NCBI RefSeq assembly: GCF_022045235.1
Contig: NW_027266271.1
Coordinates: forward strand, 15,996,001 to 16,060,000
DNA length: 64,000 nt
From: Haliotis cracherodii
Lineage: Eukaryota
Direction: 5' to 3'
A model generated the notes under the pieces. The model saw nothing but the letters and a program-made list of their open reading frames with translations. It did not search any database and was not told the origin of the DNA. Of this stretch, positions 15,096-29,596 are shown piece by piece. The position numbers and the translations under genes were made by a program. Position 1 is the first letter of the stretch, and each line of letters starts with the position of its first letter.

Positions 15096-15808
15096 GGTGT
15101 ACTGTCTTAACATTTGAAATTAAACGCGTACAAATTCAACACATATCAAGTGTTGAGATATGTTCGTGTTCATTGTTTCCAATGCGTACTTAGTAGACAA
15201 GTTTGGGAACCCATATAGCATATTATAGCATATCATTTTTCTCTGGAGATAGAGAGAGAACATGGACAACACGCAACTTTGCTTTACAACGGTATAAGGA
15301 TCTATGTATAACTTGTATCTACTTTGTCAAAGGTAAGTCAATTGTTCACTTGAATAAAAGGGAGCATGTTGTACAAATGAAAATAGGGAATTTCATCGGA
15401 CATATTTTCTGTCTATTGTTCATATGATATTTGTTGTTTAACATATATCAGACCAAAGCCTACAACGGTCCATGACGCCTTGATTGATTATGCAGAGATG
15501 CGTCCCTTTAGTTTCCTGATCAGCTAAGTGTGGGTTCGATCCACGTTTCGTCCTTTTTGAACGTAGGTTTCACCAAAGTGGTATACCTCTACAACTAGCG
15601 TCCCTTTGAATTTTTCTCTCTAATTATGCTGATACACACTGTTATAATTCAACCATATTTCAAAATCAAGTCAAATGTGATTGCTTCTGCGATCAAAGTA
15701 TTTTCAAGTTGTGGATGACATAGATTACATGTTCAACGTAAATCTCAATTTAATAAAAAAACAAAAAAACCACTCTATTTATGTTTCTGAACAAGATAAC
15801 CGCCTCTA

Positions 15809-16031
15809 CCCTTATAAAGACAGCTGGGTTAGAATTGATCTTCAGCAACCAATGTTTGTAATAAAAGGTGACTAACGGGATCGGGTGATCAGACTCGCTG
15901 ACTTGGTTGATACATGTCATCATATCCATGTTGCGTAGATCGATGCTCATGAGGTCAATCATTGCATTTTCTCGATGCTTTTAGAGATATAGCTGGAATA
16001 TTTCTGAGTGTGGCGTTAAACAACAAACAAC
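15809..16031 (+). mobile_element. Family C element
   Basis: GATCTTCAGCAACC...GACTAACGGGATCGGGTG...GGCGTTAAACAACAAAC. Confidence 0.85.
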
Positions 16032-17076
16032 ATAATACAGCTATACTAAACCAATAGTGAAAACGAATATCTAAAGGATTCAGGGTAGTATTCACTTTTC
16101 ATTTCCTGTACATACTCTGTCCTTGTTGATGTTTTATGTTATGTCGAAAAATAGCTCTTAAGTGCTAATATACTTTTTCTCCATAATAACCGACCTTAAA
16201 CAAATATTCTTGTATCTTGTAAACCCAAATGCAAATGTTCATCACTAAACCATTCTTTGAGAAGCCTCAAACAAATTCTGTTATGTATTTCTGAATTTGC
16301 TTTTTTTTATCTTCTATTTCTTTTCAATTGAAGTCAATATCTGCGTCCTTCCAGTTCTTCACGAGTTCATTACAACAAATCTGGCATAATCCATGCTATT
16401 GGTCGGGGAGGCAAACAAGTTTATTTAAATCTTTTGGCAGATAAAAAATGTTGACTCTTGTGTAATCTTTCCCTTGACACTTCAGTCTGAATTAATATGC
16501 CTGCAAATAGCGCCACGTGTTTCAAATAAATCGGACCATCAAAAAACATGCGTGATATTTCACAGAGATTTTCTTCAACGTGCATTTATTTGAATAATTT
16601 GACCTTAATATTAAAACTTTCTAAATAAAACAAAAACTTTTTTCTGCATAATGGACATTGCAACAATGTAACCAGATTATTTTGGGCAGAGCGGCTTTAT
16701 AACACAGTGAATACTTTCTCTCCCCTTTTAGAACTCTTTACGGTGTGTCATGTAATATATTGTATAATGTATATCCCAGTGGGAGTCCTTTTGTTCAGAT
16801 TACTGGAATACAATGTAATGATAATACGATATATTTTGCGAAATTAATGCGATCGCTATATGGACATTTTTCGAAAACCAAAAATGTGAAAATAACAGCC
16901 TACAAAACATGTCAAAAATAATTAAATCAGCATCATAAATAGTTATGAAGTTCTAAAACACTGACAATTTGTAAACATACTCAACATACTCACTGAAACA
17001 TGACGTTAGTCAGTTAGTGATTGCTGGTTAATGACGCATTCAGCAATATTCCAACTATATCACGAAGTGTCTGAAG

Positions 17077-17230
17077 GGGCGTTGGGGTAGCCTAGTGATT
17101 AAAGCCTTCGCTCGTCACGGCGAATGCCGAAGGTCGATTATCCAAATCGGTACACTGTGTGAAGTGTGAAGTTTCCTGCCGCGAAATTGCGTGAATATTG
17201 CTCAAAGCGGCGTAAACTCATACTCACTCA
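17077..17230 (+). mobile_element. SINE family B, diverged
   Basis: GGGGCGTTGGGGTAGCCTAGTG...GCGGCGTAAAC-ACTCACTC. Confidence 0.8.
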
Positions 17231-20200
17231 CTTGGTCATAGTCTGAATGAATAGTCAACGATACAAGCACGAAGTTAAAGTCGAGTCGGCCTAACCAAGT
17301 CCCTCACAATTAACGTGGGGTCCTGTGCGACCAAATTATTCTCGAAATCACCAGGTATTCCATGGCATCAACTGAATGACTTAGTACTTGACATTAATCT
17401 AATGCCCTTGGTACTTGACTTTAATACAATGTCACTGACATGTGCCTTTTAACTTACCTTTTTCGCGAACACCTGGTGCCATCACTTATTTTCAGTGATC
17501 TTTTTATGTAAATCCCATATACTTTACCTTGTACGCTCAATGGAATCTGTTTCGGCAGAATATTGTTGGAATTGAGCGATTGACTCTGCTTTTAGCAGAT
17601 ATTTCTTATGACTATTGAACAGCATCTGTCCCTCTTATTTAAGAGAATGATATTTATACATGATATTAACTGAACGGCATTGAAATGTGCCAACTTAAAA
17701 TTGTTTTTAATATGTGCACATTTCTGCAAATTAAATGTTTATTCAGCGGAGAAACAACAGCCTGTTCACTGTTTACTGTTTACTGAACATCACCATATAA
17801 AACCTGTAATCAAATCATAATATATGCCTTGGCGTGAACGGTGTATGTAAGTGATTTCGTTCTTGGAGTAGATATCTTTACACACGGAGACAATACCCCA
17901 TGATACAAACGGTAGTTAAAAGTAAACCTGAATATATTTGCCACATTCTTAACGCTATCATATGTGGAATCTTATCTGCCCTTCACCTTCGGTGACAAAA
18001 AGAATATCCGCTTCAATTCCCTATATTGACTTGTACCATATGTTCCCGTGTTTATTTTCAGGTGAACACTTACCTTGCCTTTGCATGTGTGTATGACGGG
18101 TGCCACTAATGTGGCAAGGTACACTCACTTTTCACTTGGTGTCATCACTGTTTGATAGTGATTCGTAAACATATGCTCATGACATAGTCGGAATCGCTTC
18201 TTACGATTATGGAATGGGATTCGTTGCTTTCGGGATGGAATGATTTGCACTGACAATCTATGATGTATGTGAGGAATATCAATATATTTCAATTCATTGA
18301 TGGATGTCTTCGACATAGGTGTGATTTAAAATAACATTCCCTACACCTATGAAATTTCCAATAGTCTCACCTAAGCAATATCTCCAGTTTTGGATGATAA
18401 AATAACATTACCTGCACCTATAACATTTCCTATTTACCAATAATACAAACGTCCAAACTGAATGCCCATCTAAAACCCTCCAGTGCGTTTGTTTTATTAT
18501 CATTCTATTCATTTTGTTTTGCATTGTTGAACTCACTGTATGAACAATCCAAAACTATACAATATTCTTTTTGTAAATAAAACGACAAAAAACATTTCCA
18601 TAATCATACGAAATCACTGGTAAGTCCATTGTAACACAGGACGCCCTTCTTTCATTGTTCAGAGTGCCTGTGTAGTCATGCATACGTAAAATCCTTTAAC
18701 GCAGCTCTTCATACAGTCGCTGCACAATTTGAGACGACCACATTCAACAACTGCTGCATCCTTTGTATTCTTACAAAGACAATATGCCTAAAAAACTATA
18801 GTTAGATGGTCTCCAATGTGTACAGTCCAATTGGTGAAATTATTCAATCAACTATATCAAGATTGGTACTTGGTTTAAGAGATTAAGTTCTTCTCGCAGG
18901 ATGTTCCAGGATATTTACTTTTGAGATTTAGATACCTTTTCTGAAGCCACATTACAATCAATGGCTGGAAGTAAAGCAACGCTACATTACAACATTTACA
19001 GTTCTAATTTAGAAGAACGGACATATGTACAAGTACATGTATATTGTATTTTGGAAAACGTATGCAGATATCACGTACCGACATATGAAAATGAATTAAA
19101 AAATGTAGTTGGTCGTTGCACTATTGAATGAATTAACATTAAAAGTAAAAGTATTGAAATGATTCACGTGTTACAATATCAAAAGATGAACAATAGCGCA
19201 GCTCTTAGGAGTTCATTGTCAGTTGCATCATTTAGAAAAATAAACAGAAATCCATTTAAACAAAGAAGTCAGTGAACAATGTGGCTTTTGTCATATTTCA
19301 GAAAACACAATATCAGTTGAAGAGTTCCTTCATCTGGCATTTTGCAACAATTCCAAGCGTTTGTAACCTTTTTGTTAAATATCTGGAGATTGCAGGTGAT
19401 ATTTACACGAAGAAAAACACCGCTCTGCTATTTAAGTCTTATCTTGCGCAGGTTAACTTTAAGAAAACTATTTTTCGCTAAACAGAGTACAAGTCTTACA
19501 TATCAGCAACCGGATTTCTAAAATTGGAAATAGGAAAACAACAGGGTTAAATTTAGTTTCAATTTTAACTCAAGTTAGGTAGAAGGTAGCCATGACCTCC
19601 ATATAGGAGACAGATGCACATAGTTTTGATATTCAGCATTATTGATAAAATTCAAAGTACTATATTTAGCCGACAATATATTCAGTTATAACATGATGAA
19701 ATAGCCAGATACATGTATACGACAATGGCGTATGCAATGGATTCGCCTCACACATGGCTTCTCAAAGGTCGGCAATGCTTATAAAAGCCGTTTGATAAAC
19801 CAGGTTTTGATTGTGAGAGTACCTATAAGTGCAGTAAGGGGTAAGGGTTCAGAGCTTGGAGTTGCCTTCCCTTTTCTATCCATGTCATTCCATACTCAGC
19901 ATCTAGTGTGAGCATACAGTACCCAATATAGTTAAGTGCTTCTTACGACAAACATTGAGTGTTGCAGTTTGGCATATTACAAATAATTTCACAATGATTT
20001 GACAAAACTAACTGAGTGAGATAGATTTATAATAAATACGAGAGTGAATGAATGTGGGTGAGTTGGTGAGTGAGTCAGCTTCTAGCAGCAACATTAGGGT
20101 GTTTCGGATAGATGTATTCAGAAACACGTTTTTTTTGCCTTTGTTGTTTAACGCCGCACTCCAATATTCCAGCTATATGACGGCGGTCGGGAATAGAAAA

Positions 20201-21728
20201 TCCAGAGATTGACATCATGAGCATCGATCTACGCAATTCGGATACAATTCAGAAACACGTAAGTGGGTGAGTATGTAAATGACTGAGTTGGGGGGAAGTA
20301 AGGGGGTAAAGGGTGGAACGGGTGAGAGTATGAGTGTGTTTGGATGAAGAAGTGGGTTAGTTGGTGAGAGTTCAGAAGGTGTCTGTTTTAGGGGGTCTTA
20401 CGCAGTTTCCAAACAGGCACTATAAGGTCGGGGTAGATGACATAACTAACTGCACCAATCAAATTATAGGACGAGCGCCTTCAACCTGAGACGACATGTA
20501 ATACAATCAGCTTCATCCGTTAACGTCATACACGCAGACAGAAATATGTGGCAGTTTCAAATATGCTTGAGTGCTTGAAACGGACGACCAAAGGTGAAGT
20601 ATCCATGGAATTAACTGTAACCATGGTAATTGTTCATATAATAATGGAGTGAGTATGGTTTCAAATCACCTACAACATTAACCAAGCCATACCATGGTAG
20701 GGGACCCCAATTGCATTATACCAATGTTAGAATTCGAACCCGGGTCATCGGCTCGACGACCCAATGCATGAACCACAAGTCAACACGAACATCTCATATA
20801 TAAGTGGATACGACAGAGGGAGAGCTGTGACTTGTTGTAGAAGCAGTATTGGAATATTTTCAGAACAGAAAATCATCTGCTACTTTAGTTCTTTGTCCCT
20901 GAATACTGCTCAAAGCACTGTTTGCACAACGGCTCTAAATATTGCAGATCAACGCTAATTCTCGCATGGTCACGTCATCTCCCAATCATATTACGGACAC
21001 TGAACACTCACGCTCTTGGTCATTTGTTCCACATGAAGGTCACTGCAGATAGTAAATTAGTCATATTTTGTTTGAAGGAAAACACTGTAAGAAATAATCA
21101 AGTAAGTAAACGTCTTTTCAAAGTTTTAGTGGTATTTCGTAAAGCCTTTCACATTTCAGTACATTCATTTGTTACGAATAGAACTCTGAAGATCCGTACG
21201 ATCCGTACAAAAGTAAAATGTACACGTATGTACGTACTTGCTTAGAACAGTATTTTAGTAATATAATGACGTAAACTACGACCTCGTTTTATTAAAGTGT
21301 CCTATCTCAGATAAACGGAGTAATTTAGAATTCCATACCTTATACTGCAATTACAATAGAAGCATATACTATATTATACACTTTTTCCTTCAAAGGTGAT
21401 GAGCTACTTGAAACCTGATTGGAGATTATTTGCAAACTTGTATCATATCTGCTTTCACAGAACACCAAACGCGCTTTAATGAGAACTTCGTAGGGGCACA
21501 TTGTTCAATCTAGACATTCGTACATACATAAATGTGTATATAGATGTATAATACATTTTGAATGGCCAACGATGCCTGCGGTTGGTGTAAAATTATCTTG
21601 TCCCGAATCCATTAATGTAGTCGTGAACTCAAACATATTGTATCTTCGCAGGTGACACATATGTATGTAGAGTGCTGATGCATATATTTGTACAATGCCA
21701 TTCACAAACTGTATCCAAAACGGCCACG

Positions 21729-21951
21729 GACCGCCTCCGTGGTCTAGTGGTAGAGCATCCGTCTGGAGAGTGGAAGGTCCGGGGTTCGATACCCGGCCGC
21801 GTCATACCAAATGACGTTAAAAGATGGTAATTTTTGTTACCCTGACTGGCGATCAGCATTACGGTGATAAAAGAAGGACTGGTCGGCTCGGAGTCAGTAT
21901 ACTGTGTCTAAGTGGGGTATTCGCGTTAAACTGCGCTATAGTATCTCAGTA

Positions 21952-22034
<83 letters not shown>

Positions 22035-22053
22035 AACGTACACATACACACAC
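21729..22053 (+). mobile_element. MetaSINE-like element (family A), 3'-truncated in an expanded (CA)n
   Basis: GACCGCCTCCGTGGTCTAGTGG (A box) and GGTTCGATA (B box); Meta-like core CGTCATACCAAA-GAC-TTAAAAGATGGTA; (CA)n at 21953-22032. Confidence 0.88.
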
Positions 22054-22975
22054 ATCTTTTCACATCTTTTGGCTCAAACCCCGGACCTTCCGCTCTCCCA
22101 CAAGACCACGGTGGCGATGGAGAATTAAGGGCTTGACAAACTAACCACAGGCTGCCTTACCGTATTGCAACACTTCTAATTGGAGACCGAGTGTCGCTAA
22201 AAACAGAGGTGCATGTCAACCCCAGACAAATGACGTACAGGGCAGGGCGGACTATTTGGTCACTGACAGGAAAGAAGATAGTCAATAGATAATTATATCA
22301 TAACAGGATTTAAAAAAAATATTATTAAATATAATAAATAATCATTACTTTTGATTTATGGTTCCAACCTTCTAACATTATCGTTCATACCTGAGAAAAA
22401 AATACATAATACAAAACCATTATTTTTTCCAATCCACTGAAAACAGGTTCTATTGACGTCAACAGAGATCATATATGCCAGTGCTGACGAAGCCCTTGGG
22501 CGTATTGTGCAAGGGCGAGTTCTTGTGACTCAAAGTCAGACTAATGACTTATCTGTTATATAATTTCAAATTCCACGTGTTTCCCGGTTAAGATTGACCA
22601 AACATTTTAGCCAAGATTCTATATACTTTAAAACACAACCGGCTCTGATCAGATTCAATCATGGGAATCGAAAACAGATTTGTATGTATGTCCAGATTTT
22701 GGAATGACCAAAATATACTTATCCACTTATCATTTTCAAATGAGGATCGCAGCAATTCTTGTATATTAAATTTAAAACAGAACATCTGCATGGCATCAAC
22801 TTTCATTCTATGAAATAAAGCTCAACTTTCTTATGTTTGTAAGAGACGACTGGAGAATCAGGTACCACGACGAAACACACGACGAAGGGTTGTTTCTCAT
22901 GTTAACGTATGGTTTGTCTCAACCCGATACTTTCTAGCGACCTGGACAGTGCCAGTCTGACAGCTCTAGTGTTAA

Positions 22976-25051
22976 GGCGACATTTTTTTATTTCTTGGTT
23001 TACGGATGCGCCGCTCTTTCAAAGTCCAATTGTTAAAAAAATTAAAAATGAAAATTACCCATTTTGTTTATCAAGCGTAAAGCAAAAGGAAGTCCCTCTG
23101 ATATTTCTCGCTGCGATCCTTCTCTACTACCATCAAAGCTTGTCAACGCAAAACGCAGTGGTGACCTGTTTAACACTTTCAACACTGTTGGCCGGTAAAG
23201 AAGCTACGAGTCACACCGCGGGGTAAACCGACCAAGTCACGTCAAAATAGTTTATAATTTTATTAACCTACTTGTCATATCATTCAATTACTAAATCTAT
23301 CACATTTCACAATGTCTGAAATACGTATTCCATTGGATTTTATCATTTTTTATCAATAGATTAAGCATTTATTCACTATAGACATTATTTCCCGCAATAT
23401 TATTGAAAATAAAATTCTCGGACACACTTCGACAACGGGTCTTCATCGACCATGTCAAACAGCAAAATAAAGACGTTTCAAGCAAATCCTTGAATATATT
23501 ATACAAAGTAATAAAATCAACAAAAATATACCTAAAAGTTGCCAAACTGACATCTAAGTTATTATTCCATCCGCTTTCGTCGCCTCGATTTCTCGGCTCG
23601 GACACGATGTCTTTAATGCCAAGACCGCCTCCGTGGTCTTGTGATAGAGCGTCCGCCCGGAGAGCGGAAGGTCCGGGGTTCGATCCCCGGCCGCGTCATA
23701 CAAAAGACGTTAAAAGATGGTACTTGTTGTTACCCTGTCTGGCGCTCGGCATTAAGGGGCTAAAACAAGGACTGGTCGGCTCGTACTGTGTCTGAGTGGG
23801 GTATTCATGTTAAAGTGCGGCATGGTATCTCAGTGAGCTAGCACTATAAATCGGCATCAGTCCGGACTAGTACAAGCAGCCACACAAACACACACACGTA
23901 CATGCACGTCGCTATATAAGTGCAATAATCTTGGACGCGACGTTAAACCCAATTTCACCTCACCTCACCTTTAATGCCAAAATATATGTATAAGAGATCT
24001 TTGTCACACCTCGTAACCTAGCACTATGCATCTATAAAGTTCCATGTTTTTAATATAAATCGCAATTTTATGCCCAAAACGTTCAGAATAACGTCTAACC
24101 CAAACCTTTCGCCAAAGTCTAAACATTACCGTTGCTGTAATTTGATTGGCTGCCTTAGGTCACGTGCGTAAATTTGACCAATCACGAACCTGGTAGCAGA
24201 TTATGTCGGTAAAGTGTTTTTAATGTATACTGACTTCGCAGCCTTCGGCGTATGTGTTATTCATACGAAAACGGAGGTATTTCCTCATGTTATATTAGTG
24301 AGCGGACAGCCACTATCATCGGGAAATGGGTGATGACAGATATTATTTGTAATTCTTTTTGAAATAATGTTCCGACTACGTAAACAAATGAAAATAGAAA
24401 AGAATGCAAGTGGATTTTAATGGAATCTTATATTTGCCGAAAATCGTTAAATTTTCGCTTCATTGGACCTTAATCTGGACGTTATGGATGTTTTAGCTTA
24501 CATTATTTTTATTTAAAACGAACTTTATTAAGTTGTTAATGAAATATTTAAATAATGTAATGCACTTAACTTTCATATTTATAAACAATAGGTTTTATTA
24601 GACCTTTCAAATAGTGTATGGCCAAACATGTTGTAGCAAAGATACAAGCAGATAATTTCCTTGATAAATGTCAATTGGCTTCATCTATCACCCCAGAGTC
24701 TCTGAGAACTTGGTGTCACAGTAGTAATCTTCTGGTTGGCTGGTGTTGAAAGAGTTAAACGTTGCCCATGCTGCCAAAATAGCAGTGTCTTTCATGCATT
24801 TCCACCCATGACATGTATATTGTTATATGCCATTTGTGCACAAGCTGAGTGCCAGGGATATAATAAAATGTTCTTGAAAAACTGAGTTGTTTTACTTTTG
24901 TAACTTCAGGATATGTTTTTTCATACCTACCTAACTTTTTAGGACCAAATTCAAGTAAAAAAAATGTGAGAGGCTTTTTTTAAAAATAGACCTGCCTCAC
25001 TTTTGAAATGAGTTTGAAATCCTAAAACCAAGAAATAACAAAAGTGTCGCC
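22976..25051. mobile_element. Non-autonomous PIF/Harbinger-type DNA transposon (~2.1 kb) containing a MetaSINE
   Basis: Imperfect ~30-bp TIRs GGCGACA-TTTTTT-ATTTCTTGGTTT at both ends; TAA on both flanks (22973-22975 and 25052-25054). Confidence 0.7.
23623..23968 (+). mobile_element. Full-length MetaSINE-like element (family A)
   Basis: tRNA head, Meta-like core, 3' GCGACGTTAAACCC and (CACCT)n tail; 12-bp TSD CTTTAATGCCAA. Confidence 0.92.
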
Positions 25052-28000
25052 TAATGAGGATGATCTATCCTTGATAATAACTGGGTTGCTCTTAGATCAT
25101 CTATAATGAATGCGATAAGAGTCGCACAAAGAAAGTGTGAAATAGTAATTAGAAGTAAAAGCATTTGAATGCTTACGTGAACGATGTATGAAACAATTAT
25201 AGTTGACTTAGTGTATAAAATGTCGGCATGCTTTTTTGTACCGTACTATACTAAGAAGGAACAGGATGTTGGCCTCGTGAACCGTTCACAAGGACAAGGG
25301 GACATAACTCTTGGGAATGCTATTCATGGAGTGTTTTGGAAATACAACATGGTGTGGAACCGAGCTCCTCAAGTTCGAATCACCATATAGTTATGAAAAT
25401 GTACTTCTAACATTTATTTCGAAACAATCAGAAAATGTCACATTTTATTTTGGTTTGAACAAAATTATACTTTTCAAGGATTGGTGAATATCAACAGTTT
25501 TAGCACATCGCACAGCTACATGTATATGTGATAAATCTATTTAATGCAAGTTAGTATAACCACTAAAATGTATAGATGCACACAAACGTATTCAATTTCA
25601 CATAATATAATACGCGGTATATTTCCAGTCCACACAAATGTCAATATCTGTGGTCATGTTATAAAACAGAAGAACTGATACGAAGAGTGTCACACAAATG
25701 ATAGCCTGCTGAAAACACATTTGGCAGTGAACAACCTTATGGGTAACTGTGACGCGGTGCTAATTAGCGTCATTTCTCATCCAATTTTCTAAGTCCATAA
25801 TATATGTATTTGTACAGTTTGAAAGAGAATAGTATTCTCTACCTTCGTATGTATATAATTTTATTGTCACGTTTCAACTTTTTATGTATTTCATGATTTT
25901 GGGTCACTGAACACATAACTTGCCCATTTGTATTCGCTCTTTATTGTCCCTACCAATTTCATTTGAATATTTATTGTTGTATATTTTATGTCAGTGTATA
26001 GAACTTTTTATGAACTATACGTTCATATGTGTGTATACTCACAATATAATTTTAGTTATATTACAAAAACCGTGTTCTAGAAAACACACTCTCATTAACA
26101 AGACAGGGTTGTTTAGCGTTAGCCAACGTGAATAGGCTTATCTCCCATTGGTTAATTAATTAATAAAGTGGTCAATTAGTGATGGTCAATTAGGGGCTCT
26201 TTCTGTTAAAGGCCGACTCAAATCTTAAGTAAATCCACTCAAAAAGCTAATAACCTAGCAAATCACTTCTCGGCCGTCAGTAGAAATAGCAACTTCAACC
26301 AAAAATTCCAGGAACAACTAAAATCAGAAGCCAAATTTACCAAAGAGCCAATAGATAATAACCTAGAAATTAATCTCCATTTCACAATGGAAGAACTACT
26401 CTACGTCCTACAAAATAGGAAAAAGGGCACAGCCCCAGGCTTAGACCTTACTCCATACCAGATAATTAAACAACTACCACCCAAACTACTCCAAACTCTT
26501 CTGAAACTCTATAACCACATATATCTAAACGGACAGGTCCCATCACCTTGGAAACAAGCCCTGGTCATACCAATCCCCAAACCCATTAAACCAGCTGACC
26601 ATGCTAATTCTTACAGACCAATCACCCTAACTTCTAACTAATGCAAAGTGATGAAATCAATGGCAAAAAAACAGGTTACAACACTACTTAGAACAAAACA
26701 ACATAATAAATCCAGACCAAAGCGGTTTCACTCCTGGACGCTCGACCTTAGATAACCTCGCCCGACTCGAGCAGGACATTAAAACAGGCCAACTTAACAA
26801 ACAATATACTACAGGCATCTTTCTAGACTTCTCCAAAGCATTCGACATGGTTTGGCATAACGGGCTAACACAAAAACTACAAAAAATAGGTCTTAAAAGT
26901 CAAATAGTTAACTACATCCAAAGTTTCCTAACAAACCGCAAAATCACCGTGGGCATAGACCAAACGCTGTCGGACCAATGTCCCCTAGAAAATGACACTC
27001 CCCAGGGCAGCATCCTAAGCCCAACACTCTTCAATATTATGATTAACGATCTATTCGAGGGACTATCCCCCAAAGTAAACACATCAAAATTCGCGGATGA
27101 TGGAGCCCTCTGGATCCGCACTAAAAGCATTAAAATGGCCCAAAACTTACTACAAAAATCTCTAAATAAAATACAAAAATGGGCTGACAAATGGGGCTTC
27201 TCCCTAAACTCAGAAAAAAACACAGGAATAGTATTTAAACCCAAAAATATGCAACCCGCCTCCCTAAACCTCCAACTAAACAACAAACAAATCAAATTCC
27301 AAAAACAAACAAAAATCTTAGGATTAATCTTCGATGAACATCTCACCGGGGATGCTCACATTAAAAACCTAGTAACCAGATGCAGCAAAAGACCTAAACA
27401 CGTTAAGATGCCTAACCGGCTCCAACTGGGGGGCCTCTAAAAACACCCTCCTCTCACTCTATATATCACTTATTAGATCCAAACTAGACTATGGCAGTCC
27501 CATTTACGACGCCTTAAACAACTCTCTCATTAAAAAACTAGACTCAATCCAGTATCAGGCCCTAAAACTAATCACACGAACTCAACATGGCACCTCCTCC
27601 ACCTCACTCCAGGCCTTAACAGGAGAAATGCCACTTAAACTACGTAGGGAACAACTTACCCTAAACTTCTGGGCCGCGTCCCAATCAAGCCCTCTTATCG
27701 AAAACTTAATAAAAAACAATATAAGCCCTAGAAACCAAGCCCTAGCCCGGAAACATCCACTACTCAAAGAATAACCAATCACCTAAATGAACACAAAATA
27801 AATAATCTTAAACAAAACAAAAAATCATCCAATATCTTCACTCCAAAACTTAAAATACCAAAAATAGACACAACACTAGCCGATACACTAAATAAACAGA
27901 CCGATCCTAACATCGCTAAAACCACCACACTAGCATACATACACGAAAATTGGCCAAATTGGTATCACATATACACAGACGGATCCTCAGATCCGATCTC

Positions 28001-28085
28001 AAAACACACAGGTTTCGGAGTCCACATCGCACAACCAACCAAAAACACACAATCTTACCGACTCCCAAACAACCAATCCATATTC

Positions 28086-29052
28086 GTAAATAATATGAAT
28101 CATCATAATCATAATAAACCAAGATTGATAAAAGATCTCCATCAGAATCCACTATTGCTAATCTTGGGCTTTGGACAATGCTCGGCTATATCGATAACTG
28201 TAAACTCCAGCTGCTTGGCCGCTTATGTAACTTAACCTGTAACAGTTTTGTTAAACATCTTTTTTGTGCATACATTGCAAATCCAACTAATCCTAAATCT
28301 GTATGTGGAGATTTATTATCAGTTCTTAACAAGTATAACCTACGAAACAACCTTTGTACATATATAAGCTGTGGTGTATTTCCTACAAAGAGAAACTGGA
28401 AGCAACTGGTTAATAAAACCATTCATGAATATGAAGAAAATATGTGGCGCAGAAAAGTTTCTGTCAATACAGGTCTTTCACGCTTCATGCTAATACACAC
28501 AAAGCTTACTCACCATATATTATGGCAACTAGCATATCAGTACCCAGAACAGAGGTCAAGTTTAACATTTTGTGTTAGAGTTTCATCACGTAACAAAACT
28601 TCCAGGGACTGTTTATTGTGTAACAAGCATGCCTTTGATTATGATAATCACATCATATTACATTGTGAAGCTCTACTGCAGGAAAGAAATGAACTGTTTT
28701 CAACCTTTATTGATCTGCTTGATGTTGAAACCTATGTCCAGTTGGAATTACAAGATGAAGAAGATATGTTGTCATTTTTCTTTGGTGCTGATACTCACTT
28801 CTCACAATGTATTGATATAGTTACATGGGAATCTGTTATACTGATATTTTCTGCTTATGTACTTACACTAAAGCCTTACCTTCATTATGTCATCTGATCT
28901 AACCTTTTGTACTGTGTGAATGGCATGACACTGGTGCTACTGTCTTGTATTGTATATATGTACAGGTAATACAAGTTTGTGTGAATACGTTTGATTAATT
29001 ATGTATAATCTTCGGATTAACTTCTGGAGGAAATAAAGAATCTCTCTCTCTC
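28086..29052 (+). mobile_element. 3' end of a second LINE (RTEX-like) inserted in the I-clade LINE
   Basis: 239-aa ORF with a C-terminal CLLC...HIILHC zinc knuckle, then AATAAAG and a (TC)n tail at 29041-29052. It replaces part of the host RNase H region that is present in the 31.2-32.6 kb copy. Confidence 0.75.
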
Positions 29053-29220
29053 TACACCCATCCAAAAAATCGACAGAATAATTACTAAACTACAAACAGG
29101 CCACACCAAACTAAATAATCACCGTAAAATAGATAATCTACACACAACAGGAAACTGCCCACATTGCAAACAACAAGAAACACCAGGACACGTACTCATT
29201 CACTGCACACACTACCAAAC

Positions 29221-29596
29221 GGGGTGTTTGCCAGCAGCTATTGTTCTAGTTTAAAAATCAGTAGCCCGTGATAATCCCTACAACAATGGGGATTAACACT
29301 ATAGACTGTTTCACTTTCACTGACTGACTATAGCCAGACTACAGCCTGTCTAGGTAGATACAACACAAAAAATGTATGTAGTAGTATAGGTTTTTATTAA
29401 TTATTAATTAAAAATTTAATGGAAGCTACAACACAAACAAAATACAAAGATATCGCCAGATGGTTACAGTAGAAACTGAAAATTACTGAAAATGTCATTT
29501 GTTACACTTACTGTTCAGCTCTTCTTGATAAATACTAGGCACTGGCCTAGGGTGAACTTGAACTGAACCCAGTCTGCTGGCAAAGTGAGAGTAAAC
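29221..29596. mobile_element. Unclassified 376-bp insertion with a 9-bp TSD
   Basis: CTACCAAAC duplicated at 29212-29220 and 29597-29605; removing the insert restores the LINE frame; subterminal inverted repeat TTTGCCAGCAG/CTGCTGGCAAA. Confidence 0.8.

Noticed and set aside
19150-19500. Possible minus-strand LINE zinc-knuckle remnant
   Set aside because: Too degenerate to support from the sequence alone.
22484-22510. CTGACGA-AGCCC-TT-GGGC hammerhead-like core
   Set aside because: GAAA is replaced by GTAT, and no stems I or III were found.
23623-23700. tRNA genes at SINE heads (also 21729, 33350, 47305, 52094, 60063)
   Set aside because: They have A/B boxes but continue into SINE bodies with TSDs, and lack a proper acceptor stem and terminator.
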